NCBI GenBank assembly: GCA_963823665.1
Contig: CAWGMQ010000008.1
Coordinates: 1,248,001 to 1,312,000, forward strand
Direction: 5' to 3'
From: an uncultured Planctomycetota bacterium
GTDB taxonomy: Bacteria; Planctomycetota; Planctomycetia; Isosphaerales; Isosphaeraceae
Length of the DNA stretch: 64,000 nt
A program made the translations under genes and the position numbers. Shown one piece after another: positions 31,557 to 41,169 of this stretch. How positions within the stretch are numbered: position 1 is the stretch's first letter; every line of letters starts with the position of its first letter. Under the pieces are notes generated by a model. That model was not told the DNA's origin and searched no databases. It was given only the letters and a program-made list of their open reading frames with translations.

Positions 31557-32225
31557 ATGCGGAGAGCGACATTCAATGTAGGAGTGTTGGTGCTCGTCGG
31601 CCTCGTGTGCGGACAGGCTGCCGCCCAGGGTATTCCCGAGGAGGCGCTCAAAAAGCTGCGGCACGACTTGGGCGGCTCCTTCCTGGTATCCCGCGACAAG
31701 GTACAGGAGGAACTGAAGCTGACCGAGGAGCAGAAAGAAAAGCTTGAGCAACACCTTCGGGAAGTGCTTCCGGAGGCCATGCAGTTTTTCCAGAAGATCC
31801 ACGACCTCAAGCCGGAGGAGCGAAAGAGAGAACTCGCAGCATACCGACCGAAGGCGCAGGAGAAACTGGCAGCGGTGCTGAAGGAGACCTTGAGCGACGG
31901 CCAGCGTAAGCGCCTGCACCAACTTGAGCTGCAACGGGAGGGGCTTCGGGACGGAAAGGTCTGGAGAGACCTGCAAATCACCGACGAGCAGCGGAAACAA
32001 TTCATGGCGATGATGCAGCAGGCGCAGAAGCAGATCGAGCCGTTGCTGCAAGAGGTTCGGGACGGCGGCAGTCCCGAGGAGATTCAGCCCAAGGTGGTCA
32101 AGATCCGCGACGGACTCGAAGCCAAGCTGGCGGCTGGGCTCACCGACGCCCAGAAAAAGCACTGGAAGGAGATGCTGGGCAAGCCGGTGGACCTGGCTGA
32201 CTTGTTCGATCTGCTTCCCCGGTAA
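31557..32225 (+). CDS. Secreted helical protein with Spy/CpxP-like LxLT.EQ repeats
   Basis: Signal peptide; LKLTEEQK, LSDGQRKRL, LQITDEQR, LTDAQKKHW. Confidence 0.7.
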   Translation: MRRATFNVGVLVLVGLVCGQAAAQGIPEEALKKLRHDLGGSFLVSRDKVQEELKLTEEQKEKLEQHLREVLPEAMQFFQKIHDLKPEERKRELAAYRPKAQEKLAAVLKETLSDGQRKRLHQLELQREGLRDGKVWRDLQITDEQRKQFMAMMQQAQKQIEPLLQEVRDGGSPEEIQPKVVKIRDGLEAKLAAGLTDAQKKHWKEMLGKPVDLADLFDLLPR

Positions 32226-32243
32226 TGGAGTGGAGCACGGCTC

Positions 32244-33062
32244 ATGGACCGGCATGTCCTTTCTGGTTTTACTAACGTCGATCAAACGGCCGATCCGGAT
32301 TACTTCATCCGTTTCCTGGACACCGCCAGTTCCCAGGAATCGTTCCAGAGCTACAAGCGACGCTCCTTTTCTCTGCTCGAGATCCAGTCCGGGCAGCACA
32401 TTTTGGAGCTCGGCGGCGGCACCGGCGACGATGCCCGCGCACTCGCGGTCCTGGTCGGTCCCCAGGGCCGAGTCGACTGCGTCGACAACAGCCAGGCCAT
32501 GGTCGATGAAGCCCGGAAACGTGTCGCTGGTTCGGGTTTACCCGTCTTTTTTCAAGTCGGCGACGCGCACCATTTGTCCTTCGCCGACAACACCTTTGAC
32601 GCCAGCCGCTCCGATCGAACGTTCATGCACCTCGAAGACCCGTCGCAGGCGCTGCGGGAGATGGTCCGCGTTACCAGGCCCGGCGGCCTGGTTCTGGTCT
32701 ACGAGGTCGATTTCGAGACGTTGGTCGTCGATGCCCCTGATCGGGTGCTGGCCCGAAAGATAATGAATACCGGGACCGATGGCTTCCGCAATGGCTGGCT
32801 GGGACGCCACATCCCGGCGCTGTTTCAGGAAGCAGGTTTACTCGATGTACGCGCCCATCCCGAGACTTTGCGTCTCACGTATCCACTGATCTGTCAGGTA
32901 GCCGGTCAGGCAACGGTCGAACGAGCGCGCGCCGCCCAGGTGATCTCGGCGGCCGAAGGTGAAACCTGGTTGCGCTTTCTTGACCGCGCCGATGAGGAGG
33001 GATGGCTTTTCAGCACAATCACGGGCTTTTTGGTCGTGGGACGAAAACCAGGGACGTCCTGA
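32244..33062 (+). CDS. Class I SAM-dependent methyltransferase (UbiE-like)
   Basis: ILELGGGTG, GDAHHLSF, EMVRVTRPGG. Confidence 0.9.
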   Translation: MDRHVLSGFTNVDQTADPDYFIRFLDTASSQESFQSYKRRSFSLLEIQSGQHILELGGGTGDDARALAVLVGPQGRVDCVDNSQAMVDEARKRVAGSGLPVFFQVGDAHHLSFADNTFDASRSDRTFMHLEDPSQALREMVRVTRPGGLVLVYEVDFETLVVDAPDRVLARKIMNTGTDGFRNGWLGRHIPALFQEAGLLDVRAHPETLRLTYPLICQVAGQATVERARAAQVISAAEGETWLRFLDRADEEGWLFSTITGFLVVGRKPGTS

Positions 33063-33129
33063 GGATAGTGCAGGAAGCGGATCGATCGCGGCGTCGCACT
33101 CTGATGACAAGTTCGGCGGCACTGAGGAA

Positions 33130-35541
33130 ATGAGTGTCATGTTTCAAATACGATCTGCGGCTCTAACCGTCGTGGCGCTCTTCGCACTCGCAGGAGCTGA
33201 CCGTGTCTGCGCACAAGAGCGCGTACGCGATGTTGTCTATGGGCGCAAATTCGGGATGGCCCTGACGATGGATGTCTGGAAGCCGGCGAAGCAGAACGGC
33301 AGCGGGGTGATCTTCATTGTCAGCGGCGGTTTCAAGTCCGGTATCGACTTGGTGGATTCTGGACCCTTCGTTTCCATCGTCGCCAGGCCGTTTTTGGACC
33401 GAGGGTATACCCTCTTCGCGGTTTGCCACGGCGCGCAGCCCAAGTTCACCGTGAGCGAAATCGTGCCGGACATTCATCGCGCGGTGCGCTTCATTCGGGT
33501 CCATGCCAAGGAATACGGCGTAAACCCCGATCGCCTCGGCATCATGGGAGGGAGCTCCGGCGGCTTCCTCGCTCTGTCGATCGGTACCTCCGGCAAGCCC
33601 GGCGACCAGGCGGCGAAAGACCTGGTCGATCGGGCTTCCAGCCGGGTTCAGGCGGTGGCGTGCTTCAACCCGGCGTGCGACCTGGTCAACTACGGTCAGG
33701 TCGGGCGCAGCATTGTCCAGTTCGATCCAGTCAAGCCTGGTGGGCAAGCGTTCGGCGTACAGGAGAAGCCGAAAGAGGAGCAGATCAAGGTGCTGCGGGA
33801 GTTGTCGCCCCTGGGGGCCGTTACCAAGGACACGCCTCCGACGCTCATCATCCACGGCGATTCTGATCTGGCGGTCCCTTACGAACAGTCCGAGCGGTTC
33901 ATCGCAAAACTGGCGGAGTATGAAGTTCTGCATCAACTGATTACTCGGAAGAACGCCGGGCATCGTTGGCCCGATATGGGCAAAGATTATCTGCTGCTGG
34001 CGGACTGGTTCGATAAACATCTCCAAAAGGCGTCGGCTCCCGAATCGGTGAAGGCGGATGAGGTGACCAGGTATCTGGCGTTTCAGATTTTCACCTATTA
34101 CAGTCCCGATCCGAAGGTCGCGAGTCAGTTGAGCAGCGGTTCCAGGGAAAAGCTCCTTCCCGGAACGACTGCGCTGCGCAACTACGTAGATGACATCAAA
34201 GGGCGGATTGGCACCGTGGGAGACAAGAAGACCCGGCTGGCCGTCATGCTGGGGCCGCTTTGCTTCGAGCAGACAGACGCCGAGGTCACGGAATTCGTTG
34301 CGCGCGCCTTCGATCTGGCTCTCGAAAGCGATGTTGCCGTCGGATTCCACATCGATGACTCCATATTCTGGCTGAGGCGCGAAGATTTGTGGAGCGATCC
34401 GAAGAACGTGGAGGCCCTGGATTGGGACGGCGCTCCATGCACGGGTCGACGCCTGGACTGGAGCCGAAATCCGACGGAAGCGCCGCCGCAGATGTGTTTC
34501 AACAGCAAGGTGATCGAGCGGGAGGTGCAAGAGCGTTCGACCCTGCTGGGCAAGGCGATCCAGGCGGGTGTGAAGCGGTTGCAAGAGCGAAACAGGCCGG
34601 AGCTGTTCGCGGGTGTGATAGCCGGATGGGAGACCATGCTCGGCCAGGATTTCAAGACGGGCAAGTATCTGGGCTATCGCGCGCTCCTCAATCGAGGCTT
34701 CAGTCGCGCGCATCCGCCTCAGGACATGAATCTCGAGAGGGAGAAAGTCGTCCAAGAGTTCATCGATCTTTGGACGAACGGACTCGCCCTGGCCGGTGTT
34801 TCCCCGCAACAAATCTATTCCCACACCGCATTCCTTTCGCGCCGCGCGTTCAATCTCGGCGACGACAAGGCCATCACGTATATGAAACGTGATAAGAACA
34901 GTGCATATTCACAGCACAATCATTTTGCGCCTCCGTCGGTGGCCTTCGGGACGCACCATCGTCCTGGTTTCTCGACCTATCCGCAGCCGGGCCTGTTCGA
35001 CGACATTTACGAAGAACTGGCCACGCACAAGCAGGTGGGCTGGGCATCGTGTGAGGGGACGAATATGCAACCCTCAAGCGGACCCGGGCAAACGGGCATG
35101 GGCATGGAAACGTATCTCGCGAAGATGTTCAACCATGGAGCGACGCTGGTGAACATCTTCGCCTGGGGCATCGGGGGAGACGCGATGAAGAACATGGACT
35201 TCCGCGTGGTCACCGAGGGGGACGAGGCCCTGCGGGCGTATCGCAAGTTTTTGAAGGGCGAGGCTCTGGTCGAAGCGCGCACGACGGCGAGCCTCATGGA
35301 GCGCCTGCCGCCCAAGATCCATAGGATCCAGAAGGAACTCCCTGCATGGATCCAGAAGGCCGATGCCGACAACAAGGAGAAGACCCGTGCGCTCATGCAA
35401 AAACTCGACGGACAGATGAAGGCCAAGAACTTCGAGGAAGTCGAGAAGACCGCGGATTCCATTCTGAAGCTCATGGGCGGAAGCGCCGGCCGAAGCGGTG
35501 CGCAAGAGGCGAAGTCCACCCATGATTCTATAACTCCTTGA
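33130..35541 (+). CDS. Secreted alpha/beta esterase fused to an uncharacterised TIM-barrel-like domain
   Basis: Signal peptide; GGSSGG, IHGDSD and AGH triad in the N-terminal ~300 aa; distinct ~500-aa C-terminal region. Confidence 0.75.
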   Translation: MSVMFQIRSAALTVVALFALAGADRVCAQERVRDVVYGRKFGMALTMDVWKPAKQNGSGVIFIVSGGFKSGIDLVDSGPFVSIVARPFLDRGYTLFAVCHGAQPKFTVSEIVPDIHRAVRFIRVHAKEYGVNPDRLGIMGGSSGGFLALSIGTSGKPGDQAAKDLVDRASSRVQAVACFNPACDLVNYGQVGRSIVQFDPVKPGGQAFGVQEKPKEEQIKVLRELSPLGAVTKDTPPTLIIHGDSDLAVPYEQSERFIAKLAEYEVLHQLITRKNAGHRWPDMGKDYLLLADWFDKHLQKASAPESVKADEVTRYLAFQIFTYYSPDPKVASQLSSGSREKLLPGTTALRNYVDDIKGRIGTVGDKKTRLAVMLGPLCFEQTDAEVTEFVARAFDLALESDVAVGFHIDDSIFWLRREDLWSDPKNVEALDWDGAPCTGRRLDWSRNPTEAPPQMCFNSKVIEREVQERSTLLGKAIQAGVKRLQERNRPELFAGVIAGWETMLGQDFKTGKYLGYRALLNRGFSRAHPPQDMNLEREKVVQEFIDLWTNGLALAGVSPQQIYSHTAFLSRRAFNLGDDKAITYMKRDKNSAYSQHNHFAPPSVAFGTHHRPGFSTYPQPGLFDDIYEELATHKQVGWASCEGTNMQPSSGPGQTGMGMETYLAKMFNHGATLVNIFAWGIGGDAMKNMDFRVVTEGDEALRAYRKFLKGEALVEARTTASLMERLPPKIHRIQKELPAWIQKADADNKEKTRALMQKLDGQMKAKNFEEVEKTADSILKLMGGSAGRSGAQEAKSTHDSITP

Positions 35542-35644
35542 ACAGAAGCTCACGGAGGCAACGAAGAAGAAGATGTTGGGCAGGCCGATGAACCTGGCGG
35601 GCTTGTTCGATTTGTAGTCGCGGCGGCGCAAAAAATTGGAATGA

Positions 35645-36172
35645 TCAACCCTCGATTGTCTGCTCGCCTGCCTCGCGATCCATCTCTCGCTCGACTTCGT
35701 CGATCTCGGCGCGGGCCCAGGCGCTTTTCTGGCGAAAAACCGCCTGCAACGCTCTTGATCGTCGCTCGGGCACGAAGCCTGGCCAATCGGGAAAAAGTCG
35801 CAATGCTTCGTCCCAGTACTCTCGCATGTTCTCGTCCGGTTCTCCGAGGATCAACGTCGTCCGGAAGTAGAATACGAAGCGAATCACTTCCCAGCCCGGA
35901 ACCAACCTCAAGGCTGCGAAGTCGGGAAATTCGTCCGACCAGATGAGGGCATCGGACATCATCTCGTAGTTGCACGTTGCTCGTGGATCGTGAGCCATTT
36001 CTCGCATCAATGGGGCGATGCCAGAGAGTGCCGTTGCAGCAATTGGGATCAAGGTCGCCTCTTCAGGCACGACAACGGGATATAAGCGGGAAAAAAGGCT
36101 GCCATCCGGCAGGCTACCGGAATCTTCAGCTTGCGGCCAGAGTAAGGACTTGTGCTTGCGAATCAATGACAA
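35645..36172 (-). CDS. Hypothetical protein
   Basis: 175-aa ORF with protein-like composition; no motif recognised. Confidence 0.5.
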   Translation of the reverse strand: MSLIRKHKSLLWPQAEDSGSLPDGSLFSRLYPVVVPEEATLIPIAATALSGIAPLMREMAHDPRATCNYEMMSDALIWSDEFPDFAALRLVPGWEVIRFVFYFRTTLILGEPDENMREYWDEALRLFPDWPGFVPERRSRALQAVFRQKSAWARAEIDEVEREMDREAGEQTIEG

Positions 36173-36235
36173 GTGTAGTACGATTTCGATTGAATTGTCT
36201 GTGTTCCGGTCGATTGATCGTCCCTGGAGTCTTCG

Positions 36236-37063
36236 ATGTTCGGCGCTCGGTCAATGGTGTTTCCTATCGCACTTGCGGCGATCGGCCAGGCGGCACTGCG
36301 GCCGACTTCGAAGGAGCTGTTTGATTCGCTTGTGAAAGAGTACACGTTGGCGGAGGGTAAGTGGACCGAGCGGTACCGTTCCGATGACACGCCGGCCGCA
36401 AGAGAGGAATCATTAGTCAGATATCGCGATTGGCCAGCATGGGCTTTCATGCCGCGCTTCATGGAACTTGCCGACAAGAACCCGAAGGATGCGGCCGCGA
36501 TCGACGCGCTGCTGTGGATTGTCGATCAAGGGCAGGCGATCGGATTGAACGATAAGGAGTACTATCCGTTCCTGGAGCGAGCTCTCGAACAACTCGGGCG
36601 CGCCCAATTGCTGGATAACCGGCCGGTTCCGAGACCGCGTTGGGTGATGCACCATCCGTCACCGGCGACCGAGCGTTTTCTGCGGAATATCGTGGCAACG
36701 AACAAGAATCGCGAGATCCGCGGTCGTGCCTGTCTCTACCTGGGCGAGCTGCTCGTCAGCAGAGCTAATCTCGCGCGTAATCCGTGGTTCGACCTGGAAA
36801 CGAAGACACCTTTTCAGACGTACCTGGCGCTCAGGATTCATCCCACGGTGCTTCAATACATCCGAGAAACGGATCAACAGGCGGCGGCGGTCGAGGGTGA
36901 GCTGATGCTTGGCAGGGCGATGGGCGAGTTCGGCGACGTCGAGTGGGATGGCGCCAAGGTCAAGGGTGGTGGGCAGGCACGTGCACGCACAGTCGGAGAA
37001 ATGGCTCGACGCGAGCTCGATGAGATTCGCCGTGCGGCCGCCGGGAAACAAAGCGATCCTTGA
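36236..37063 (+). CDS. Helical protein resembling the N-terminal part of planctomycete TlpA/redoxin proteins, without the redoxin domain
   Basis: FMELADKNPKD.AAIDALLWI, NREIRGRAC, and TVGEMARRELDEIRR...GK followed by a stop. Confidence 0.55.
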   Translation: MFGARSMVFPIALAAIGQAALRPTSKELFDSLVKEYTLAEGKWTERYRSDDTPAAREESLVRYRDWPAWAFMPRFMELADKNPKDAAAIDALLWIVDQGQAIGLNDKEYYPFLERALEQLGRAQLLDNRPVPRPRWVMHHPSPATERFLRNIVATNKNREIRGRACLYLGELLVSRANLARNPWFDLETKTPFQTYLALRIHPTVLQYIRETDQQAAAVEGELMLGRAMGEFGDVEWDGAKVKGGGQARARTVGEMARRELDEIRRAAAGKQSDP

Positions 37064-37214
37064 CGCTTCGATTGATCGGGTCTTCGAGGCGTGGAGAGTC
37101 GGTGCGAGCTTTTCATTCGGCGAGCTACTTGATTGGTTTCGTGGGCGGGATCGTCGTGATTGTCAAGGTGTGGCGATCGCGCGGCGGCCTGGGGCGCAGT
37201 TTGATCTCGCCTGA

Positions 37215-37661
37215 GTGTACGTGGAGGCAGGCGCCGTGATGCATGAAGCACAGTCGAACGATGCGCGTGGAGCGCGGCATGCGATCGAGGTGATGGCCGG
37301 GAAGCGTGGCGTGCTGGACAGAGCGCTGGCGACGTCAGCTTATCTTTATGCCGGCCTTGCGGCGGCACATTGGGCGAGTGTTGCCAAGCTTTTGAATTAT
37401 CCTTTCGACGACGGCTGGTGCGGCAATGTGATTTCTGATCCGCTGGGGATTCTGATGAACGATGTCGCGCCGATTGTCGCGGCGTGCGTGGGCGCTTTGG
37501 TCTGGAACCGCATTCGTGAGCGCCGGCGGCCGCTGCTTCCCGTCATGATCTTGCCCTTGTTCCTCGGAACAACAATCACTCTGGTTTTAGAAGCATACTG
37601 GCTGCGCGATTACGTGAATCTGCCGCTGAATTCGGTGTGGTGGCTTCCGAGGATGCTTTAG
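37215..37661 (+). CDS. Hypothetical membrane protein
   Basis: About three hydrophobic segments; start uncertain. Confidence 0.45.
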   Translation: MYVEAGAVMHEAQSNDARGARHAIEVMAGKRGVLDRALATSAYLYAGLAAAHWASVAKLLNYPFDDGWCGNVISDPLGILMNDVAPIVAACVGALVWNRIRERRRPLLPVMILPLFLGTTITLVLEAYWLRDYVNLPLNSVWWLPRML

Positions 37662-37662
37662 C

Positions 37663-38931
37663 TTGGTGATCGATGTGAATGCGACATCTTCAGAGCCTGG
37701 CGCGTCGCCGGACCAGCCGGCTCGCAATCCTGCCAGACGGTCGCTCCGGCGCCTCCGATTCAGCGTGCGCTCGCTCATGCTGACGGTCTTGCTTCTGGGT
37801 GGAAGCGCCGGGTGGGTTGTGCACAGGGCGCGTGTCCAGCGCGAGGCGGTGAGCGCCATCGAGCGCGCCGGTGGGAAAGTCGAGTACGACGAGGTATTCA
37901 CGAGTGAGGGACTCCGGGACAATCCCAGGCCGTTCTGGCCGCGGTGGATTGTCGAACGTCTCGGCCGTGAGTATTTCGAGACGGTTACTTCGGTGACCGC
38001 GGTCCGCGGGGTGGGCGACGCCGAGATGGCGCAGATTGGGCGTCTCGAGCATCTGTTGCAACTGAACCTGTGCACAGACCGCGTGACGGACGCCGGGCTC
38101 GTGCATCTTCGCGGGCTTGAACGTCTGAAATGCCTCATGCTTCAGACCGCCAGCGTCAGCGGGGCCGCCCTGGCAAACGTGGAGCGGCTTTCAGAACTCG
38201 AATTCCTTTATTTGATGGGGATGCCGGTCGCTGATTCAGACCTGGCTCACATCGCGGGGCTAACACGTTTGAAGAAGCTCTGGCTCCGAGGCCCCCAACT
38301 CACCGATGCCGGCCTGGCACACCTCGATGGCCTGCACAATCTCCGCGCGCTGCACATGGAGAAAATGCCGGTCACAACTGAAGGCTTGAGTCACTTGCGG
38401 GGAATGGTCCGGCTCGAGAGCCTGGCAATCCACGGCTCCCGCGTGACGAGTCTCGAGCCGCTGCGTCATCTGACGACGCTTACAAGTCTCAGCTTGTGCC
38501 AGTCGCCGGTCACCGATGAAGGCTTGGCCCCGGTTGAGGGCTTCCGGAACCTGACTGGGCTCTGGCTGAACGGCACTCGAGTGGGAGACAGCGGCCTGGC
38601 ACACATAGGCGGCTTGTCGCGGCTGGGCGTGTTGAACGTTCGGGATACGCAGGTCGGAGACGCTGGCCTCGCTCATGTCGCGGGGCTGACTCGGATCCAC
38701 AGCCTTTATCTTTTGAACACGGGCGTCACGGACGCCGGTCTCCGACACCTGAGCGGTCTTGGCGGGTTGAGCGAATTCTATCTCGACGGAACGAAAGTGA
38801 CCGACGACGGGATGAAACAACTCGCGGGGCTTCCGTCGCTGAAATGGTTGCACGTCAAGCGAACGGGGGTCTCGGCGGCGGGTGCCGGCGCGCTGTCAAA
38901 GGCGCTTGCGAGACTCCGAGTGGTCCGCTGA
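37663..38931 (+). CDS. Leucine-rich repeat protein with N-terminal membrane anchor
   Basis: About a dozen ~24-aa L..L.L..T.VTDAGL.HL..L repeats; N-terminal RFSVRSLM motif plus TM segment. Confidence 0.9.
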   Translation: MVIDVNATSSEPGASPDQPARNPARRSLRRLRFSVRSLMLTVLLLGGSAGWVVHRARVQREAVSAIERAGGKVEYDEVFTSEGLRDNPRPFWPRWIVERLGREYFETVTSVTAVRGVGDAEMAQIGRLEHLLQLNLCTDRVTDAGLVHLRGLERLKCLMLQTASVSGAALANVERLSELEFLYLMGMPVADSDLAHIAGLTRLKKLWLRGPQLTDAGLAHLDGLHNLRALHMEKMPVTTEGLSHLRGMVRLESLAIHGSRVTSLEPLRHLTTLTSLSLCQSPVTDEGLAPVEGFRNLTGLWLNGTRVGDSGLAHIGGLSRLGVLNVRDTQVGDAGLAHVAGLTRIHSLYLLNTGVTDAGLRHLSGLGGLSEFYLDGTKVTDDGMKQLAGLPSLKWLHVKRTGVSAAGAGALSKALARLRVVR

Positions 38932-39168
38932 TGGCACTCAAATCGGAATGTCACCGCGCAGGCTGATTTCTTTTGAATCGCTTGTCTCCATCCTGTCTTG
39001 ACTCGCGTTACTGGATGTAGAAGGCGGACGGTTTGCGGTACGATCAGGCGTCGACGGCTTCATTGGCGGCGGCACGGTGGAAGTTGCCGAGAACGTCCAA
39101 GGTCAGGCGCTGGAAGCACTTTCGCCGGCAGTCGAATGCAACCTCATTTCAGGAAGGCAGCGTTTCCC

Positions 39169-39858
39169 ATGCGGTCAGAGCTTTTCATTCCGAGCCGGCG
39201 CGTCTTTCTGGGAGCGTTTGGCACGGCGTTGTTCACCACACCCGGCCTGTTCGCCGATCAGCTTGCGCGGACGCCGGAGCGTGAAGAAGGGCCGTTTTAT
39301 CCGGACAAGCTGCCGCTCGACACGGACAACGACCTGATCATCATCAACGACGCCATCACCCCGGCCGTGGGCGAGATCACGCATCTGACGGGCAAGGTGC
39401 TCGACTCTTCCGGCAGCCCGGTGCGGAATGCTCTGGTCGAGATCTGGCAGTGCGACGCGAAAGAGGTCTATCACCACACAGGAGACAACGCGGCTAAACT
39501 GGACAAGAACTTTCAGGGGTATGGCCGCTTCACCACGGGGTCGACCGGCGAGTATCGCTTTCGCACCATCAAGCCCGTTCCTTACCCAGGGCGGCCTGCC
39601 CCGCACATTCACTTCAAGGTGAAGAAGGGAGAACGCGAGCTGCTGACCACTCAGTTGAACATCGCGGGGCACCCGGGCAACAAAGTGGACGGGGTCGCCA
39701 GCGGGGGCCTCGGAGTCTTCGACCGAGAGCTGCTTCAAGTCGACTTCAAGCCGATCAAGGGGTCGAAGATCGGCGAGCTGGCCGCCCACTTCGTGATCGT
39801 CCTGGGGATCACTCCGGATGAGCGGGTCTTCGCGCCCAAGGCAAACTCGTCCCGCTGA
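39169..39858 (+). CDS. Intradiol ring-cleavage dioxygenase family protein (Tat signal)
   Basis: SRRVFLG, EGPFYP, VEIWQCDA..Y, YRFRTIKP.PYPGR.PHIHF. Confidence 0.9.
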   Translation: MRSELFIPSRRVFLGAFGTALFTTPGLFADQLARTPEREEGPFYPDKLPLDTDNDLIIINDAITPAVGEITHLTGKVLDSSGSPVRNALVEIWQCDAKEVYHHTGDNAAKLDKNFQGYGRFTTGSTGEYRFRTIKPVPYPGRPAPHIHFKVKKGERELLTTQLNIAGHPGNKVDGVASGGLGVFDRELLQVDFKPIKGSKIGELAAHFVIVLGITPDERVFAPKANSSR

Positions 39859-39913
39859 ATGAATTCCGGTCATACGCAAATTCGACGAGAGCACAACGGA
39901 ATCGAGGACAACG

Positions 39914-40612
39914 ATGAAGACACTGAGCGGGATGTTTGGGGCTATTGCGCTATTGATCGCGGCCTCGCTCGCGACCGCGCAAGGGCCGGGCAGAGGCGAA
40001 TCGCGCGACAGGCAAAATCCTGGCGATGCGGACGACCTTGTGACCCGGATGATGGCATTCGACAAGAACAAGGACGGCAAGCTGACCATGGCCGAAGTGA
40101 CCGACGAGCGGCTGCATCGGCTGGTCGAACGGGCCGACGCCGATAAAGACGGGTTCGTTACCAAGGAGGAGCTGAGCGCCTTGGCCACGAGGGAGCAAAT
40201 CAGCAACCGTGGCGGAGGACCGGGCGGATTTGACCCGCTTCGTGCCGGACCCGCCGGGCCCGGGGGACCTCGAATGATGGGCGGCATGCCTCGCCCGGGC
40301 GAGATCTTGCCGGGCATGTTGCGGCAGCGACTCAACCTGACCGCCGCGCAGGAGAAGCAAGTCGCCGAGCTTCAGAAGGAAGTGGACGCCAGGCTCGAGA
40401 AGATCCTGACGGCCGAGCAGCGGGATCAGCTCAAGGCCATGCGCGATCGCGGCCCTGGCGGGTTTGGATTCGGACCGCCGCCGGGTGGCGGCCCGGGCGG
40501 TCGCCAGCGCGGCGGAGCCGGTGGACCACCCGGCGGGGGTCGTCCTCCGGGGGGTGGCGGACCTCCCGGCGGCGGCGATGGACCACCACCACCGCCGGAT
40601 CAGTCGCTGTAA
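39914..40612 (+). CDS. Secreted EF-hand protein with Gly/Pro-rich tail
   Basis: DKNKDGKLTMAE and DADKDGFVTKEE; GGGPPG repeats. Confidence 0.85.
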   Translation: MKTLSGMFGAIALLIAASLATAQGPGRGESRDRQNPGDADDLVTRMMAFDKNKDGKLTMAEVTDERLHRLVERADADKDGFVTKEELSALATREQISNRGGGPGGFDPLRAGPAGPGGPRMMGGMPRPGEILPGMLRQRLNLTAAQEKQVAELQKEVDARLEKILTAEQRDQLKAMRDRGPGGFGFGPPPGGGPGGRQRGGAGGPPGGGRPPGGGGPPGGGDGPPPPPDQSL

Positions 40613-40699
40613 CCAAGAGCGGGTCCTGCCAGGCGAGGAATCCCATGTGGACGGAATCAGGTCGAGCAAAGCCCGCCGCCTTCCATCGAGTCCGGCAAG

Positions 40700-41161
40700 G
40701 TTCGGAAAGCCTCCGTTGAGGTCGTCCTGACAGCCCTCGCAGAAAGAAACGCCGAGGCGTTGGATCTGGCGCTTGTCCTGACGGCGGAACTGAGGCTCGA
40801 TCGGGCGAAGCCATTCCTCGCGGGGATCTTCGCCGACGAGAAGACTGAAATCGAGTCCCGGCTCCGTGCGGCGGTCGCGCTGGCATCGATGGGGTATCGC
40901 CGGGGCGGCGACCTGATGCGCAAGATCGCCCTGGAGAAATCCGGCGCGGGTTATTACGCGATCGAGCACCTCCCTTCTGTGATCGGGGACGAGGCGGCCC
41001 CCGTGCTCTGCGACGTCGTGCGTCGATACGGTGACGACAATGCTCTTGCCCCTTGGCAGGCCATGCACTTGGTCTCCGGCAAGGCGGCTGTGCCGCCACT
41101 GCTGGGGCAATTGCGCTCGGGAAAATCGGTCCCGCGGCCGAGGCAGCGCTCCCTGTGCTGA
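40700..41161 (+). pseudogene. HEAT-repeat-like gene fragment
   Basis: RLRAAVALASMG, IGDEAAPVL and GKAAVPPLL helical repeats; no clear start or RBS. Confidence 0.45.
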
Positions 41162-41169
41162 TCCGCCTC

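Noticed and set aside
30486..34824. Long minus-strand ORFs (637 aa and 553 aa)
   Set aside because: Antisense shadows of well-supported plus-strand genes; expected in GC-rich DNA.
40455..40600. G/C-rich short repeats
   Set aside because: They encode an ordinary Gly/Pro low-complexity tail; the same applies to the GGSGGG linker at ~52000-52045.
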